Assembly: GCA_001949185.1 (NCBI GenBank)
Contig: BDGG01000018.1
Coordinates: forward strand, 248,001-312,000
Direction of reading: 5' to 3'
DNA from: Ramazzottius varieornatus
Lineage: Eukaryota > Animalia > Tardigrada
Length of the DNA stretch: 64,000 nucleotides
Below, piece after piece: positions 48,195-61,235 of the stretch; the first letter of the stretch is position 1, and each line of letters starts with the position of its first letter. Under the pieces are notes generated by a model, which saw only the letters and a list, made by a program, of their open reading frames with translations, had not been told where the DNA came from and made no database searches. A program made the translations under genes and the position numbers.

Positions 48195-48672
48195 GTGGCA
48201 TTAGTCAAACTTACTTTCCTTGCTTATCTTTTACCGATGGCCGCTCCTTTCGTTCCATAGTACACTACATATATTCTGTCGCAGTCCTTTCTTTGGAAAC
48301 CTTGTTTCTGGCATACGTCTACTTTTCCGGATCAGAAATTTTTTATCGCGTCGTGATATCGTAAGGTCGTGTGGAATAACCATTTTATTTTGACAGAATA
48401 TTCTCCTTTTGTAAACTAGAAATTAGTGATGATACATGAGAAGCGTTTCAAACGTGAGAGTCCATTTTCTGATTGAGCGAAAAGAATAAACACGTAAAAC
48501 GAGCGCAACCGAACTTGTGGCATTCAACGGCCAGGAATGTCGACCTTCGCAGTGTTGCAGCTGTTTGTAATGCAAGCCAAAATAAAGCTGACTCTGATAG
48601 GCGGAAGTGTTGATTGAGTTTTCGTCAAAATACCGAAAAAGAAAAAAAGAACCGGAAGAGAAGAGTCAGCCT

Positions 48673-51600
48673 CTAGTCGGAGTCTTCGTCAGTCTCCGAA
48701 GCGTAATCGTCATCGTCGTCGTGCTCCTTCTTGTCCTCGTCAGATTCTTCAAACTCCCACTGAGGATTATTCATGTCCACTTCCTTGGCTTCCTTCACCT
48801 CAAACTACCAAAAGAACAGCCATGGAGTATTTTACATCAAGTAAAGCCCGACAAAAAACAAGCTCGAGCAGATCGTTGGCCCAAGTGGCGCAAACTTCCA
48901 GCCAATAAGACTGACAACGGGCGCCACTTGAGGAGACAATCATGTCCGGTTTCTTTTCCGAGCTGTGAAAATTTAGTAAAGGAAGAGAGAAGAGCTAGGT
49001 AGTACCTTCAGATTGGACACTGTGTCCATGTCCAAGTAAGAATCGGACTTGACCACTACAGTGTAACTGTAAGTGCCGGGTGAGGGTGCTGTGAACTTCA
49101 ACTGGATACTCTCCTCCGTTTCCAAATTGGTCACCAAGACCGGCGGTGAAACTAAGCGCTTCAACTTCTTGTCGGCCAAGTATACCCACCACCATTCGTG
49201 CTTTTCCTGTAGATACCGCCAACCAACATAAGCTTCTTCTCTGAGCTTGGGAAAATGAAACTCAAGTCAACTTGATACCTCTGGAAAGTATGGACAATGG
49301 ACGGGATGGGAAAACTTGGACTTGACGTCCAGTATCATATCACGATCGACTTCCAAATCATCGTCCCAGTCTTTCTCTTCAGCTCGAGCCTTCGACTGCT
49401 TACCCGAACCATTGGCAGCTGCTTCTTCATCGTCCCCTTCCTCTTCCTCCCCACTAGCTTCCCCATCAACTGCGCTATCTTTGTCATCATCCGCTCCATT
49501 ACCTTCCAAGAAATCAACATTCCACAAAAACCATACAAAATTGATCGAAGTAATAGTGCCAAGATACCTTTGTCGTCCTTCTCCTCTTCACTTTCAGTAG
49601 CCGAGCCACTTTCTCCCCCAGTATCCGATTCGTCGTCACGTTTGCTAATTTCCCCGCTCTCCTTGGGTTTCTTCAGCGTGGCATCCAGCGAGTCTCCGGC
49701 CGCGCCACTGGCAGCCTCCTTGGCCACTTCCGCTGCCTTCTTCTTGCTCTTTTGTTCCTTGACTTGGCCCTTCTTACCCTTGGCCTTCTTCTTGCTCTTC
49801 CGGTAGGCGCTTTTGCTCAGCCCATTGACCTTGTTAGTGTCCTGTTGGACCAACTCTGTCTCGGCGTCCTTGTCTTCCTCAATCATGGCCGTCTCCACAT
49901 AGTCACCCAGGTTCATTCGTTTCAGCTTGACGTTCACCGTCGTGATGGCGCCTGCTGTCACTGTATGCTCGTCCTCATCATCCACCACTATAAAGAGCAT
50001 CGAACAGAAGTTAAAGACAGGAAGAAAACGATAAGTTCAGCTCTTCCCTTACCAACTCGCGCAGACTATCCCGCTGTATCATCACACAGTGCGCGAGTCA
50101 GAGCGGGCAAACCAAACCACCAATCTTCTCGGTTCGACTGGCGCAGAGTACCATAGTGGGATGAACGATATCTGCGCGAGAGGGAAAGGGTGTACAGTGT
50201 TGACTGTACCTTTGAGTTCGACGATGGCTTCGATGTGAGGCATCTCACTGCAGACGGCAATGGCGTCGTTGTACTGTTTGTCGGTAAGGTTTCTCAGTAG
50301 CTTCCGTCTTTCGTCCGAGGGAAAGCGCAGAAATTGGACGATGGACTTGATGTTACGCTTCTTGACAAAGAAGTGACGTAGGATCTCGGCGTCAATGTTG
50401 GGAATCTGCAGTAGCGGGCTCTGGTGATCGTTCAAGCCTTGCACCAGCATCTGGCTGAGCTTCATGACGTTTTCTACCGTGTCGATCCTCGGCATCATTT
50501 GCACTACGAAAGGCTAATTATTACTCTCAACAAACAACGATAATACTGTATGTCTAACTTACATTGACCAGCGTAGAACCACATCATCAGCTGCGCGCAA
50601 CTGGTGATCATCTCCTGAATCAGCATCGGACATTTCTTCAAAATGTAATCCAAATCTGCAAGGCAATCACTTGATGAAAAATGCAAAAAGTCTTGCGCCA
50701 AGGACATGCTGTATAGGGTAGAGAAGACAACTGACCTTCACGGAGATATCGAGCCGGAAGTTCCACCCGGTCCAAGTGGGCCAGCAGCAGAGCGCGAGCC
50801 TTCACACTATACGGTGCACAAAAGGGTCGTTCCTTGATCTTTTCCTGCACTGTACCCAGCGTTTTCATCAGCTAAACCAAAGAGCCACAATCATCATCAA
50901 AACTTTCCACAAAAAAGAAAGGTTTGAAAGAACTTACCATTGGAACGTGAACATTGTCTTCCGGCCGAAGGACCACTTCCGGGTTGTGAGAAGTCTCCAA
51001 CTCGCATGCACCGCTCAAAATCAACAGAATACCTGGAAAAAGGTAACAACAAGGCTCTAGAACATGACAGCGAAGGATGACTGTGAGACCTACGTTTGAC
51101 ATTGAGGGAGGAAGATCGATGAAAGTAAAACTTGAATAATTTGGTGGTTTCGATCAAAACGGCGTCGCTGGTGTAACGGATGGATCGATACCACCAAACA
51201 CCCTAAATGATCAAGAGGTTAAAGCGAGAAGTGTGACAGCGGTAGATATGAAAGGCCATGAAACGTACGACGACGGTTGGGAGGATGATCATGAAGACGA
51301 TGCCGTACAGCCCCAGAACCCAGATGGAGTTGTTGCCCTGGACCAGCCACACCGGCAGGGCAATACCAAACTCTGTCACGCCTGGACCGTCGGGGTTGCC
51401 GTACTTCTCCCAATTTTCTCGAGCCACTTCATCCGTCAACCTATCAAGAAGAAGTCCTCAGTCATTTTAGCAATAACCAAAGCCAGCCAGAAGTCAAGTC
51501 ACAATTTCCCGACGAAAAAAGCACTGATTGAAATTTCCGACATAATGCAGAGCAAATTATTCAAGCAGCAAAACAATAACCAGAACAAAATCCCCCCAAA

Positions 51601-52352
51601 AATGGGGAATGGAATATGTGGGATAGAAGAGGACTTACGCCGCTTTAGCTTTGGTGATCTGGATGAACCTGGTCTCATTTCCCCCATGCCTGTCGGGATG
51701 CCAAACGCGACTCAGCTTGCGATACTGCCTTTCAATTTGCTCTGTCGTCGAGCCCTAGAGAGAGAGGAAGGGTTTTATACGCCATCAGACCTTGCCTTCC
51801 ATTTTAGGAGATTGGTGCTACGTACGGCTTCTAGCTCGAGGATTTCAAAGGGGTTAAACTCGATGACTTCCCGCTTGGTCGTGGCCACTTTGTAGGCTAT
51901 CAGCGCCACTAAAATCCAACCTACAGTCAACGCAATCTTCCTGCAAAGCTCAAAACGTCAGGCAAGCCTTGGCTAGGCTACATAAGAGCTAAGAAAGCAG
52001 GAGGTGATTATGAACTGAACAAAGTCAACGAAAAGTCCTCACGTTAATGTTCTTCTCAGCTTCCTGCTGGGTTTAGCCGCCCGTAGTTTCGATCTTTTAT
52101 GTTCGCAGTTATCACACTGGCATTTCGATCCTTTATTCTCGCTCTCTGCAACACACACAAGAGATGATAATGGGGCTTTTCCATGGAATGTGATAGGCAA
52201 ACAGCTGTCTGGGAACGGAGAAACTGCTTACCGTCAACCTCCACTCTCGGCCAGAAGAAATAGGAGGAGGGAACCAGCAGCAGGACTAGAAAGGCCAGGA
52301 CGAAGTAGACGAAGGAATCACCCTGCTCATCATACTGGAATTTCATCGCCAT
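48673..52352 (-). CDS. SEC63: Translocation protein SEC63 (J domain plus Sec63/Brl domain)
   Basis: MKFQYDEQGDSFVYF, HPD motif, NWEKYGNPDGPG, KARALLLAHL, HPVHCPYFPE, KSDSYLD; acidic tail. Confidence 0.96.
48882..48930. repeat. Palindromic dyad repeat in the last SEC63 intron
   Basis: CAAGTGGCGCAA-25 nt-GGGCGCCACTTG. Confidence 0.85.
50135..50183. repeat. Degenerate palindromic dyad repeat in a SEC63 intron
   Basis: CGACTGGCGCAG-25 nt-CTGCGCGAGAGG. Confidence 0.5.
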
Positions 52353-52840
52353 CTTCCACAGGAGTGCTTAGTATGCAGATGGATGAACCGATGACGATCC
52401 TCCTGATTTCTCAACTGCCGACGCGTCCACTGGACCGTCCGCAGCTCCGATAGCGCTCTGAGAGATCCACCAGACTATGACAAGGGACAGCGCTCTATTC
52501 TTCCGCCGTACTGTGGTCCAACGCTCCCCAAGATCCGATCTTGTTGGAGACAGATTCCTCAGTGATCGACGATGGTGTAGTGCAGTGTCTCCACTCCTCT
52601 CTTCTTGGTTCAATTCTCCTCCAGCAACAGCCGCATCCGGCGACTCCTCCGGTCCGATCCTGATGATCCTATATGTACGGGTAGGTGGGCCAGAGAAAAA
52701 AGAAACATCTGCTCAACATCTATCGCCATCCGTCAAGGAAACTGCAAAAAAACCACGACTCACGAAAACGTGGCTGCAGCACTGTAGTGCTGCTGAACCG
52801 CGCGTTGCCGGGACCAGGAACGCACGATCAAGCTCTTGAT

Positions 52841-53485
52841 TAGTGCTGGGATAAATACGATAAAATACGATACGATATTTTCTGATAAATATCTTTCAAT
52901 ATTTATATTTCGTTTTAGATATCAACCACGCATCGATATTTCGATATGATACGTTTCTGATATTTTATTGTTGATATATCGAATTTTATTGCAGTGATAT
53001 ATCGATATATCAAGGCAGTACCATGTTGAAAGCTATCGAAATCAAGAAAGAGCCAAAGAGAAACCAAACGGCTGTCGTTCACTACGTTCGAGTCAGAACA
53101 AAAGTCAGATGTCTTCGTGTACGCGAGTGTGTTCGTTGCTCAATCTATCAAGGTCTGTCGTTACGCACCTAGGTACGCTGACTGTTCACTCCTCCGAAGT
53201 CAGCTTGGATGCATGTGCGCGATACATTACGGGCGAGGCTGCGCTGCCTGCGCGGTACCGAATCGGAGTATTGACTTCCGAAGTTCCGATTCTCAAGTGC
53301 GGGCTTGCGATTTATCGATATATATATCGACATATATCGATATAACGTGATATGATATTTTCATTTATCATATTCCACTCAGCGATATTCCGTCGAAATT
53401 TCGATATGATATTTTTGTCATACCGAATCACTGTGATGTGATATATTTCGATAAGATACAATATATCATATTTATCCCAGCACTA
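52841..53485. mobile_element. hAT-type MITE family A, copy 2 (645 bp), upstream of SEC63
   Basis: TIR TAGTGCTGGGATAAAT; TSD ctcttgat/ctcctgat (7/8); about 7 substitutions versus 3200..3844. Confidence 0.93.
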
Positions 53486-53899
53486 CTCCTGATTAAGTAC
53501 GTCAAAGGCGACAGTAGGCTGGGACCAGGTCTTAGCCAACTGTACCCAGGGTATCCATGACGTCATTCAAAGACGTGCGGAAGAAAAAGGCGAGCACGGC
53601 AAGATTGATCCTGCATATTCCTGTATCCAACTCAGCGCCTTTTCGTGTGGGACAGCCTGTATCATGACAATACGGATTTTATGGTAACCTGGTCTCAGAT
53701 GGACGCGCGCTTCAGCAGAACTACGGTGCCCATGAAAACAAGAGCCGACATGCTGGAAAGAAATAGAGTCAAAGTGAGGCCATTGCCAATATTCATTCGG
53801 TCAGCTTTCAGTTCCTGCGCGCACACCACTATGAGTCCTCTCTGCCTTTTGATCGTTATGTGCCTACAGCTCATCTTGTTTTCCTTTTGATCACTCTCA

Positions 53900-56258
53900 C
53901 GAGGGGATTATGCCTGTCCCCACCTCTTTTTGGTCAAACTGTCCTGGTGGAACGAGAGAGGAGAGTCTCTTCTAGGATCTGAGCCAGTGAGCTAAATCCC
54001 GCGTCGATCCTGGAAAAAACTACAGGGACTCGGAAGTGACGTCAGAAATTTATGCCAATAACGTAGAAACCTGATGTCTTGTAGGTCCACGTTAGACCTA
54101 ACAAACAAACCCTGAAACCCATCAGTAAACAAACATGTTACGGCAAATAGATAGTACAGAAATGATGAGCGTCATAAAAGTGATGGAAGCAAAGACGGGC
54201 CTTGCACCACCCGCAAACCAGAAGAACAATGTCTCTGCAGTTCTCGTGAAGACAACTGCCTTTCAGCTTATCAAACATAAACTTGGCTGGCTTAACATAC
54301 ATGAAACGTTCGTTGGTATATCCCGACTTATGCCAAGCTTCAGCTATCAAATTTTCGAACCTGGGCGACTGAAACTGTTGATACAGCAAAGAGTGCAATC
54401 TCCAACCACATCGCGATTATGCACTTGAACGGGTAAATCGTGCAAAAAGACAAAGTCGGATATCTTCTTGAAGCAGCCTTTGTACATCCTAAAGCATAAC
54501 ACATCCAGCGGTTGACTTTGACCGGTAACTTTCGGAGGGATGGTCAGCATTTCGTACTGCAGCTCTTTCGGTTCCAGTTCAATCACAGAATCTTGATCGA
54601 TGAAGGTCTTCCACGAGTCGGCCAAGAAAATGCACCGCTCTTCCATATGAGGGAAAAGAACTTTTCCTGACCACTCTAAGTAGAGCTTCTTGGTCATCTT
54701 CCCGGATTTCGAAGCAGTGACATACAGATTATCAGCCGTGAACATCGTTCTCGACACGATTGGACCAAACACTCCTTTCTCTTCCTTCAGCGTTAGGAAA
54801 AGAACAGGAAGAAACTTACGCCTGCCCGGGGAGACCGCCATCATCACAGTGTAGCTATGTGTCATGGAATTCTCCGACTGGGTGATCGCTTCCACGTGTT
54901 TTACCCCAGCAGTTTCCAAAGTTCTTCCTGGTCTCATCTCATATTCAAAGCCTGACTGATCCGCATTCCACAGACAGTATAACCCGTACTCTGCGATCCT
55001 TGATCTGACAAGCGCAACGCAGGCTTCAGCACTTTCCTTGACGTGAGGCGCTTCTTGTACGGATTTCTTGGTGACGAACTTGGTTATTTTCCGGTCAACG
55101 ATCCCATAATATCTAGAAAATATTTATTTCGTTGAAGGAAATCGAAGCACAAAAAACTGTTGGTACTGTTTGAGTTTTCCGATCCAGTCTGGGGAAGCAG
55201 TGAAACCGGCCAAGTTCACCGTTTCGTTCGCAGTGAGAGCCCATCGACGTAAGTCCAAATCCTTGACCACTTGCTTTTTCCTTTTAGCGAGGAAGAACTG
55301 CTTACCGACATCCAAACGCAGAGCCTTCAACTTGTCCAGCCTGGAATCGCCTTCCACTACCTGCTTTTCGCAGTCGTACAGCTGCCGTATGCTGGTTACT
55401 TTACCAAAACTTCTCTGAACAGTGGCCAACGTGAGACGCTTCTTCTTCACGGCGTTTCTCCAGTATGTAACCGCACGTTTCTTGTACTCCAAGTTGACTA
55501 ACTGATCCACTGGAAGCTTGGGGTTAGGAAGTCGTGGGATGTATAGCTCATGGGAAGAAGGTTCAGTTCCGCTGGAAACAGGCTCAAGCAGTCTATCAGG
55601 TTCCGTAACGTCCAAGTCAGCTTCACTCCGGCCATTCAGCAGGTTGCACTAGACAACAGATGCTTCGTAATCTTCAAATGACTCGACGCGGATCTGCAGA
55701 TCATACTGGAGGTCTTCTTCAACGGCATACACGGGAGTAACACTTTGGGTGATCTTCGAGTCGATGAAATCTAGGAAAGATTACGAATCAAATTAGTATC
55801 GTTTTTGTTTTTGAGCTCCAGTGCACAACAAGATTACCTTTGACTATGTCCTTGAACTGCCTGTCAGCTTCGCTTGGAAAGTCGTCGATACGGTAGTGCA
55901 GTTTGTAGTCCCATTCCAGCAGCTTGATAACATTCAGCAAGTTGATGGATTCCATTTCAGAGAAGCGCAGGAATGAATGAGCAAATGAGAGAAGTTTGAA
56001 AAACAACAGAAAACTTGACGAGCAGGAAGCACAGGCTCAATCAACAACCGAATCAACCATCGAACAATCAAGTCTTGATTGTTCATTACTCTGCTTATAT
56101 ACCGCCCTACATCTGACGTCACTCCCGAGTCCCTGTATTTTGTTCCAGGATCGACGCGGGATTCAGCTCACTGGCTCAGATCCTAGAAGAGACTCTCCTC
56201 CCTCATTCCGCCAGGACAGTTTGACCAAAAAGAGGTGGGGACAGGCATAATCCCCTCG
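53900..56258 (-). mobile_element. Tc4/Tc5-like (pogo-related) DNA transposon
   Basis: About 147-bp TIRs (53900..54046 and 56112..56258) starting CGAGGGGATTATG; 3-bp TSD TCA within a C-TCA-G target. Confidence 0.92.
54138..56006 (-). pseudogene. Decayed Tc5-like transposase (CENP-B-type HTH, DDE, C-terminal Cys/His cluster)
   Basis: FTASPDWIGKLK, NADQSGFEYEMRPGRTL, THSYTVM, SKSGKMTK, LADSW, IPPKVT..QPLDV, CGWC...CFHHF; stop near 55649 and frameshift near 54400. Confidence 0.85.
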
Positions 56259-57273
56259 TCAGACGACGACCTATCCTGTCTGCTTCCTGGCTATTTACTG
56301 TCTTTTTGAATTCTCTGTTTTGATCCGTTTGATGACTCTAATTTTTTTCGTCTTTTCTCCGCCTTTACACTATAGCTGGTCTGGTCGCGCAAAGTCTGCT
56401 TTTTGTCGGGAAGAGGATCACTTTTAAGAGTCGGTATTGATGTTTCTCGTCTTCTGACCAATGGGTTACTGATTGATTCACTGTTTTTTGCCATGCAAAA
56501 TTGTGGTTATCGTCCGCAACTCTTAATAGTTTGAAAACTGACACGCCATTGAAAGATTAAAAACAGACAGGAAAAGAAACACGTGAATGACAGACATTAT
56601 CAGTGTGCAAATACGTCAGTTATTAGCTCCGCCCGTCGAAATGATGCGCAATGTGACGAGTGCAGGCAGTCTGCGCGTGTGCGCACCACTTGGTCAGCTT
56701 CTACTCTTGTCACTGTCGGCTTCCGGTAGCTGGCTGTCTTATAGTTACCAAAAAGTGGAGTCTTTTTCCCTTGAGTGGGCTGCAGCCTGCTGCCTGGAAA
56801 AAACATTTGATTGCGCACTGCGCAGGTTGAGTGCGACGGTCCTGCGAGATCGTACTGTACCTAATTATAAGCAAGGACAAGATTTTGAGCATTCCGGCCG
56901 AAAGCGGCAGGAGCTAGTTAAAACCGATCAGTCTATCAGAAGTGCTGCCGCTTTCGGCTGGTGCCTTGAATTTTGTCTATGCCCATAATTAGATAAAGAA
57001 CTTGTACAGTACTGAGTGTGCTCATCTTAAGTTATGTATGCTGGTGCATGCCATTTGGCCTCACTTTAACGAACATAAGGCAGACTCGGTTGATTGAGGT
57101 CTTGATTGAAGCCGACCAACGACCAAACTCGATATCATATTCAATAGGTAAAATTCCTGTAACAAAAGTAAGACTATCTGATGAGAACAAAAAGAGAAAG
57201 ATACTTCGCAGGTTCACATCACACGTCAATCATAGACAATACCAATTCGAGTCGAGTTTGCCGCGTGGTGCTT

Positions 57274-60200
57274 TCAAGCTAGTTGGGGCGTGGAAGGTTC
57301 CATGGCGTCTTGGTCCTTGACCGAAGCCGACGATTCTTCCGTCTCTGGCTGGGTAACTGCCTTCCACTCCACCACCAACGTCAGGTCCTTCATGTCACTG
57401 TTGATGTGCCTGTCGGCCAGCTCGTCAAAGAAAGAGTCGGAGAGGTGGTGGAATGGGTGCATTGTGTCCTGCACGCCGGGATCGTCTGTATCGTCCACCT
57501 TCTCGAAGCCCACGTACTTTACCTTCTCCAAGTAAGCCTCATCCATGTGCTGATAGAGAGCATCGGTGTTCTCCAGGAGCGGGGGGACGAATGTCTCCTC
57601 GATAAACCTACAAGAGAAAGTCCCGTTACTTTCACAACGAGCAAACCAGTGAACGAGACCCACGATGGCAAACCGCAGGACGACACTTTCCGAAACTGTA
57701 CGTGTACTGTCAATGGCCGCCTGGCAAGATGCCCGTGTAGTCCACCAAATTACCATTTTCAAATAATTTACAATGACAGGCCATGCGGTACAACCGCCAG
57801 AATCAAATACAATACTGCGTTATGCAGGGTAGAAACGTAATGGCCCACCACAACTGGATACTGCATGACGTCCCTGCGCCGGTTCATTGGGGGGGGGGGG
57901 GGGGGNNNNNNNNNNNNNNNNNNNNNNNNNNNNNNNNNNNNNNNNNNNNNNNNNNGGGGGGGGGGGGGGGGGGAACTTACTTGAGCAAGTCATCGTAGAT
58001 GGCCAGCAACTGTTTCGAAGGATTTCCCACCAGCTTCTTGGACTCGGAGTTGTAAAAGTAAGTCATGAGCTCTACAAGAAAGCTGACTTACTAATAGTGG
58101 AAGAAAACATAGGAAAAGACGCGAAGCGAAGTCGGTCGACTTACGAACGAGCCGTACGACGTGGATAACGCCAAGACGTTGCAAAGCATCAGCTTTATCC
58201 CCTTTATTCTGGCCCTTCTTCCATTCTGTCAGCATCGGCCACTCCAAACGCATCATGAACCTTTGAGCTAAGAGATTGGGTCCGCTGAAGGAACCCGAAA
58301 GGATGGATTCTAGAGAGTTAATCTCCGCCAGACGAGCCTTGTTCCTGAAATGAAGAAAACAATCAGGAATTTCATTGAGAAATGCCATAGAATACTTCGC
58401 TGAAAATCTCTTCCCTACCAAAAAATACTTTTCCCTTCAGGCACTGTTTGGGAATGCGCGCGATACTTCTCCAGTACCGTCTTAGCAGAATATGCAGGCT
58501 CCGCGGCTTTCAGAATCTAACAGCAAAAAACACTGATTTTGACAATACTGAGTTGAATTAGCTCTTTGTATTTGGCGAAATTACTGTACCTTTGCATTTC
58601 GCACTGTCTGAATATAGTTATCGGCCATCAGGCGTTTGACTCCTTGCGGCAAGGAGACTTTGAAGATGGTCTGGTCCAGCAGCTTTCTCATCCGCGCAAC
58701 CGTCAGATAAGACTGCAACAAAATCGCTGCTCGGTTCCACATATGTAATTTTGAACGTTGGAACTGCTGGAAAGACATGCAAATCGATGGACAACCATAC
58801 CAATTTGTGCAAAGCTTCCAGGCACTGCTTCTGCTTTTCCACAGCCGAGCGAGGTTCCATATCAGCTTCCGGTGCGACTCCAACAGCAGAGAGGATATCG
58901 AGGATCATCAGCTGCTCGTCGGCACTCTCTTTCTCTGGATTACCCACATCACACTCCTCGTAATGCTCCACAAGAGCATCAAACTCCTCCTGGGCACGAA
59001 CTACTTTCTCTACAAGAAATACATCCCCATTTAGGGCCGTTGGAAAGTCAATATTCATTTTAGCCCACCTTTCTTCTGTTCCTCGGTTAGAACTCGTCCG
59101 GGCTCAGCGCTCTCCTCTTTCATTCCCCCATCAGCCAAACTTCCCGTGATAGAACCGGCTGACACTGAGCTATGTCCTTTTCCATTGTAAGGCTTGTCGG
59201 TCACGGTGGATGACTCGCTCTCCAACGCTGAAGCCAAGCTGGAAGGCTCCAACGACTGACTGTTTCCAGTCGAAATTCGATCTTCCGCAGACGGTCCTGC
59301 ATCACTTCTCGCCCGTTTACTGCTCGTCGCACCTGCAAATTATTGCACAAGAATATTTCCATGAACAGAATTCACTGGAAAGTTCACCGATCGCATCGAG
59401 AATGATTTTTCCGACATTCGAGTGCCAAGCTACTGAGTAACAAAATATTCGGTTAAACTCGCGCATTATCTCGACCGCTTCGAAAACGAGAGATAAATTA
59501 TTTTGAAGTTACCCCGAGGTTTGGCAGTCGCGCCTCCTCTGCTTCCACCTCTTCCTCGGCCTCTGGCGGAAGAAACCCCATCGAACGTCATAGGATTGGG
59601 GCTTTGAGGCACGCTGGATTTCCTCTCCGTCATCTGGGAAGAAGTGGTCTTGTCTTTCTGGGCCGTTTTCTTGCCTGTCTTCTTATTCTTGATTCCACTG
59701 AAAACATAGGCATCAAGCAACGGATTTCAGTAGTCTATCCAAAGAAGTTCACACGACCGTCGTTATGTTCTCCACAGAGCCCCTACCTGGCCTCCATGAA
59801 GGCGTCATTTTCGGCCAAGGCCTTGGCGTCATTCTCCGTGTTCTGCAGCATGAGCGAATCGCTGAACATCCACTCGTCATACCTCAAGAGGAGAAACCAT
59901 CAGACATCTTCCTTCTGCCAATCTGATAGACGTCACAACATCCTTACCGTTTTCCCCAGCCCGGGTAATGGATTCTGTAGATGGGCACGGATGTGCTCTG
60001 ATCTCCGGGATACTTGTCCGTTTCGATCAGAATGATCTTGGCCTTGTGCCATTGTCCTTTGCTGATGACCCAAACATCGTCACCTACAACATATGCCAAA
60101 CATCAGCAAAACACCAAGAAAATAGGACTCTTCCAACAGTGAGAGTGGGAAGGTATTTCCAGCAGTCGAATACCTAACGCAAGTTCATGTGTGTTTAGAT

Positions 60201-60419
60201 CATGCGCGACTTCATCCGGGTAATTATCAAACGCAAGTTTTCTAGACACGTACCTATGTTAAATTTCTTCGTGAAATCCTCGAGACGCATTTCGGTATCG
60301 TCGTCCAGTTCCCTCTTCTTCGTGTTTCTGTTTGGTGTGCTGGGAGCAGGGTTGATGGTCATGATCGGCGGAGGGATCCCTCCGTTTGAAGCGGCGCTGC
60401 TCGTCGACGCCTTGTCCAT
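57274..60419 (-). CDS. Divergent MRG15/MSL3/Eaf3-family protein (chromo-barrel plus MRG domain)
   Basis: Spliced N-terminus VWVISKGQWHKAKII...YRIHYPGWGKRYDEW; C-terminal FKVSLPQGVKRLMADNY, TVLEKY, RFMMRLEWP, LGVIHVVRLV, IYDDLLKFIEE match the MRG pattern. Confidence 0.72.
57889..57973. other. Assembly gap (50 N) flanked by poly-G, inside an intron
   Basis: G run, then N at 57906..57955, then G run. Confidence 0.95.
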
Positions 60420-61235
60420 AGTCCTGCAAAACAAGATATCTCCGCCAAGGCTTTGAACCGATCGAACAAACGACGACCCCCCTACCTTCCCTAGGACTGG
60501 GAGAATGCTCCGAGCAGCAGGACCTGAGCTGCGGAAGGCTTCTGAAGTCCGAAGTGTCGAGGTTGCGATGGAGTCTAAAAATCTGAAATGCAGAAATAAA
60601 AACGACGAAAACCAATTTTACAAAAACAGAAATTGAAAATTCGAATGCAGCAATCAGCGCTGGACAGCCATGGACGGATGATTTACCCAGCGGAATACCG
60701 AAAACACAGAACGGCTTCCCAAGACCAAGTACAGCTCAATTTATAGCTGGCAATCAATCAATCAATATTTTTGTCCACGTTGCAAAACCCTTTCGAAAGT
60801 CGTTCGAGCACTGGGTCTCCTGACTAGTAAAGACAGGATTTTCCCATCCATGACTGAGTTGCCAGTTCTAACGATCCGTAAATCCTACGTCTACTGAACA
60901 GGAGACGCGGTCCCGGTGTTCGAACATCATTGGGATTCGGGAACAGTATTTTCATAAAAAAAATATGGATCGAGTGACTGCCGTTCCCAAGTTGGGCTGT
61001 CTTAATGCTGCGAAGCCGTTCTATGTTTCGATTAACTCACTGAGTAAATCACCCGTCCGTCGCTGGCAGTATCACTGGGAGCGTGCGCCACTTGGGCAGA
61101 CGATCGTCGATCTGGCCGAGTTTGTTTGCAAAGCTCCCAATTGTTGCTTCCACTTGTACAGTAAAATACGACCTTGACTTTCCTTTTACTGAGATGGCTG
61201 AAATTCACAAAGCGGCAAAACCAAAAAAAATCAAA

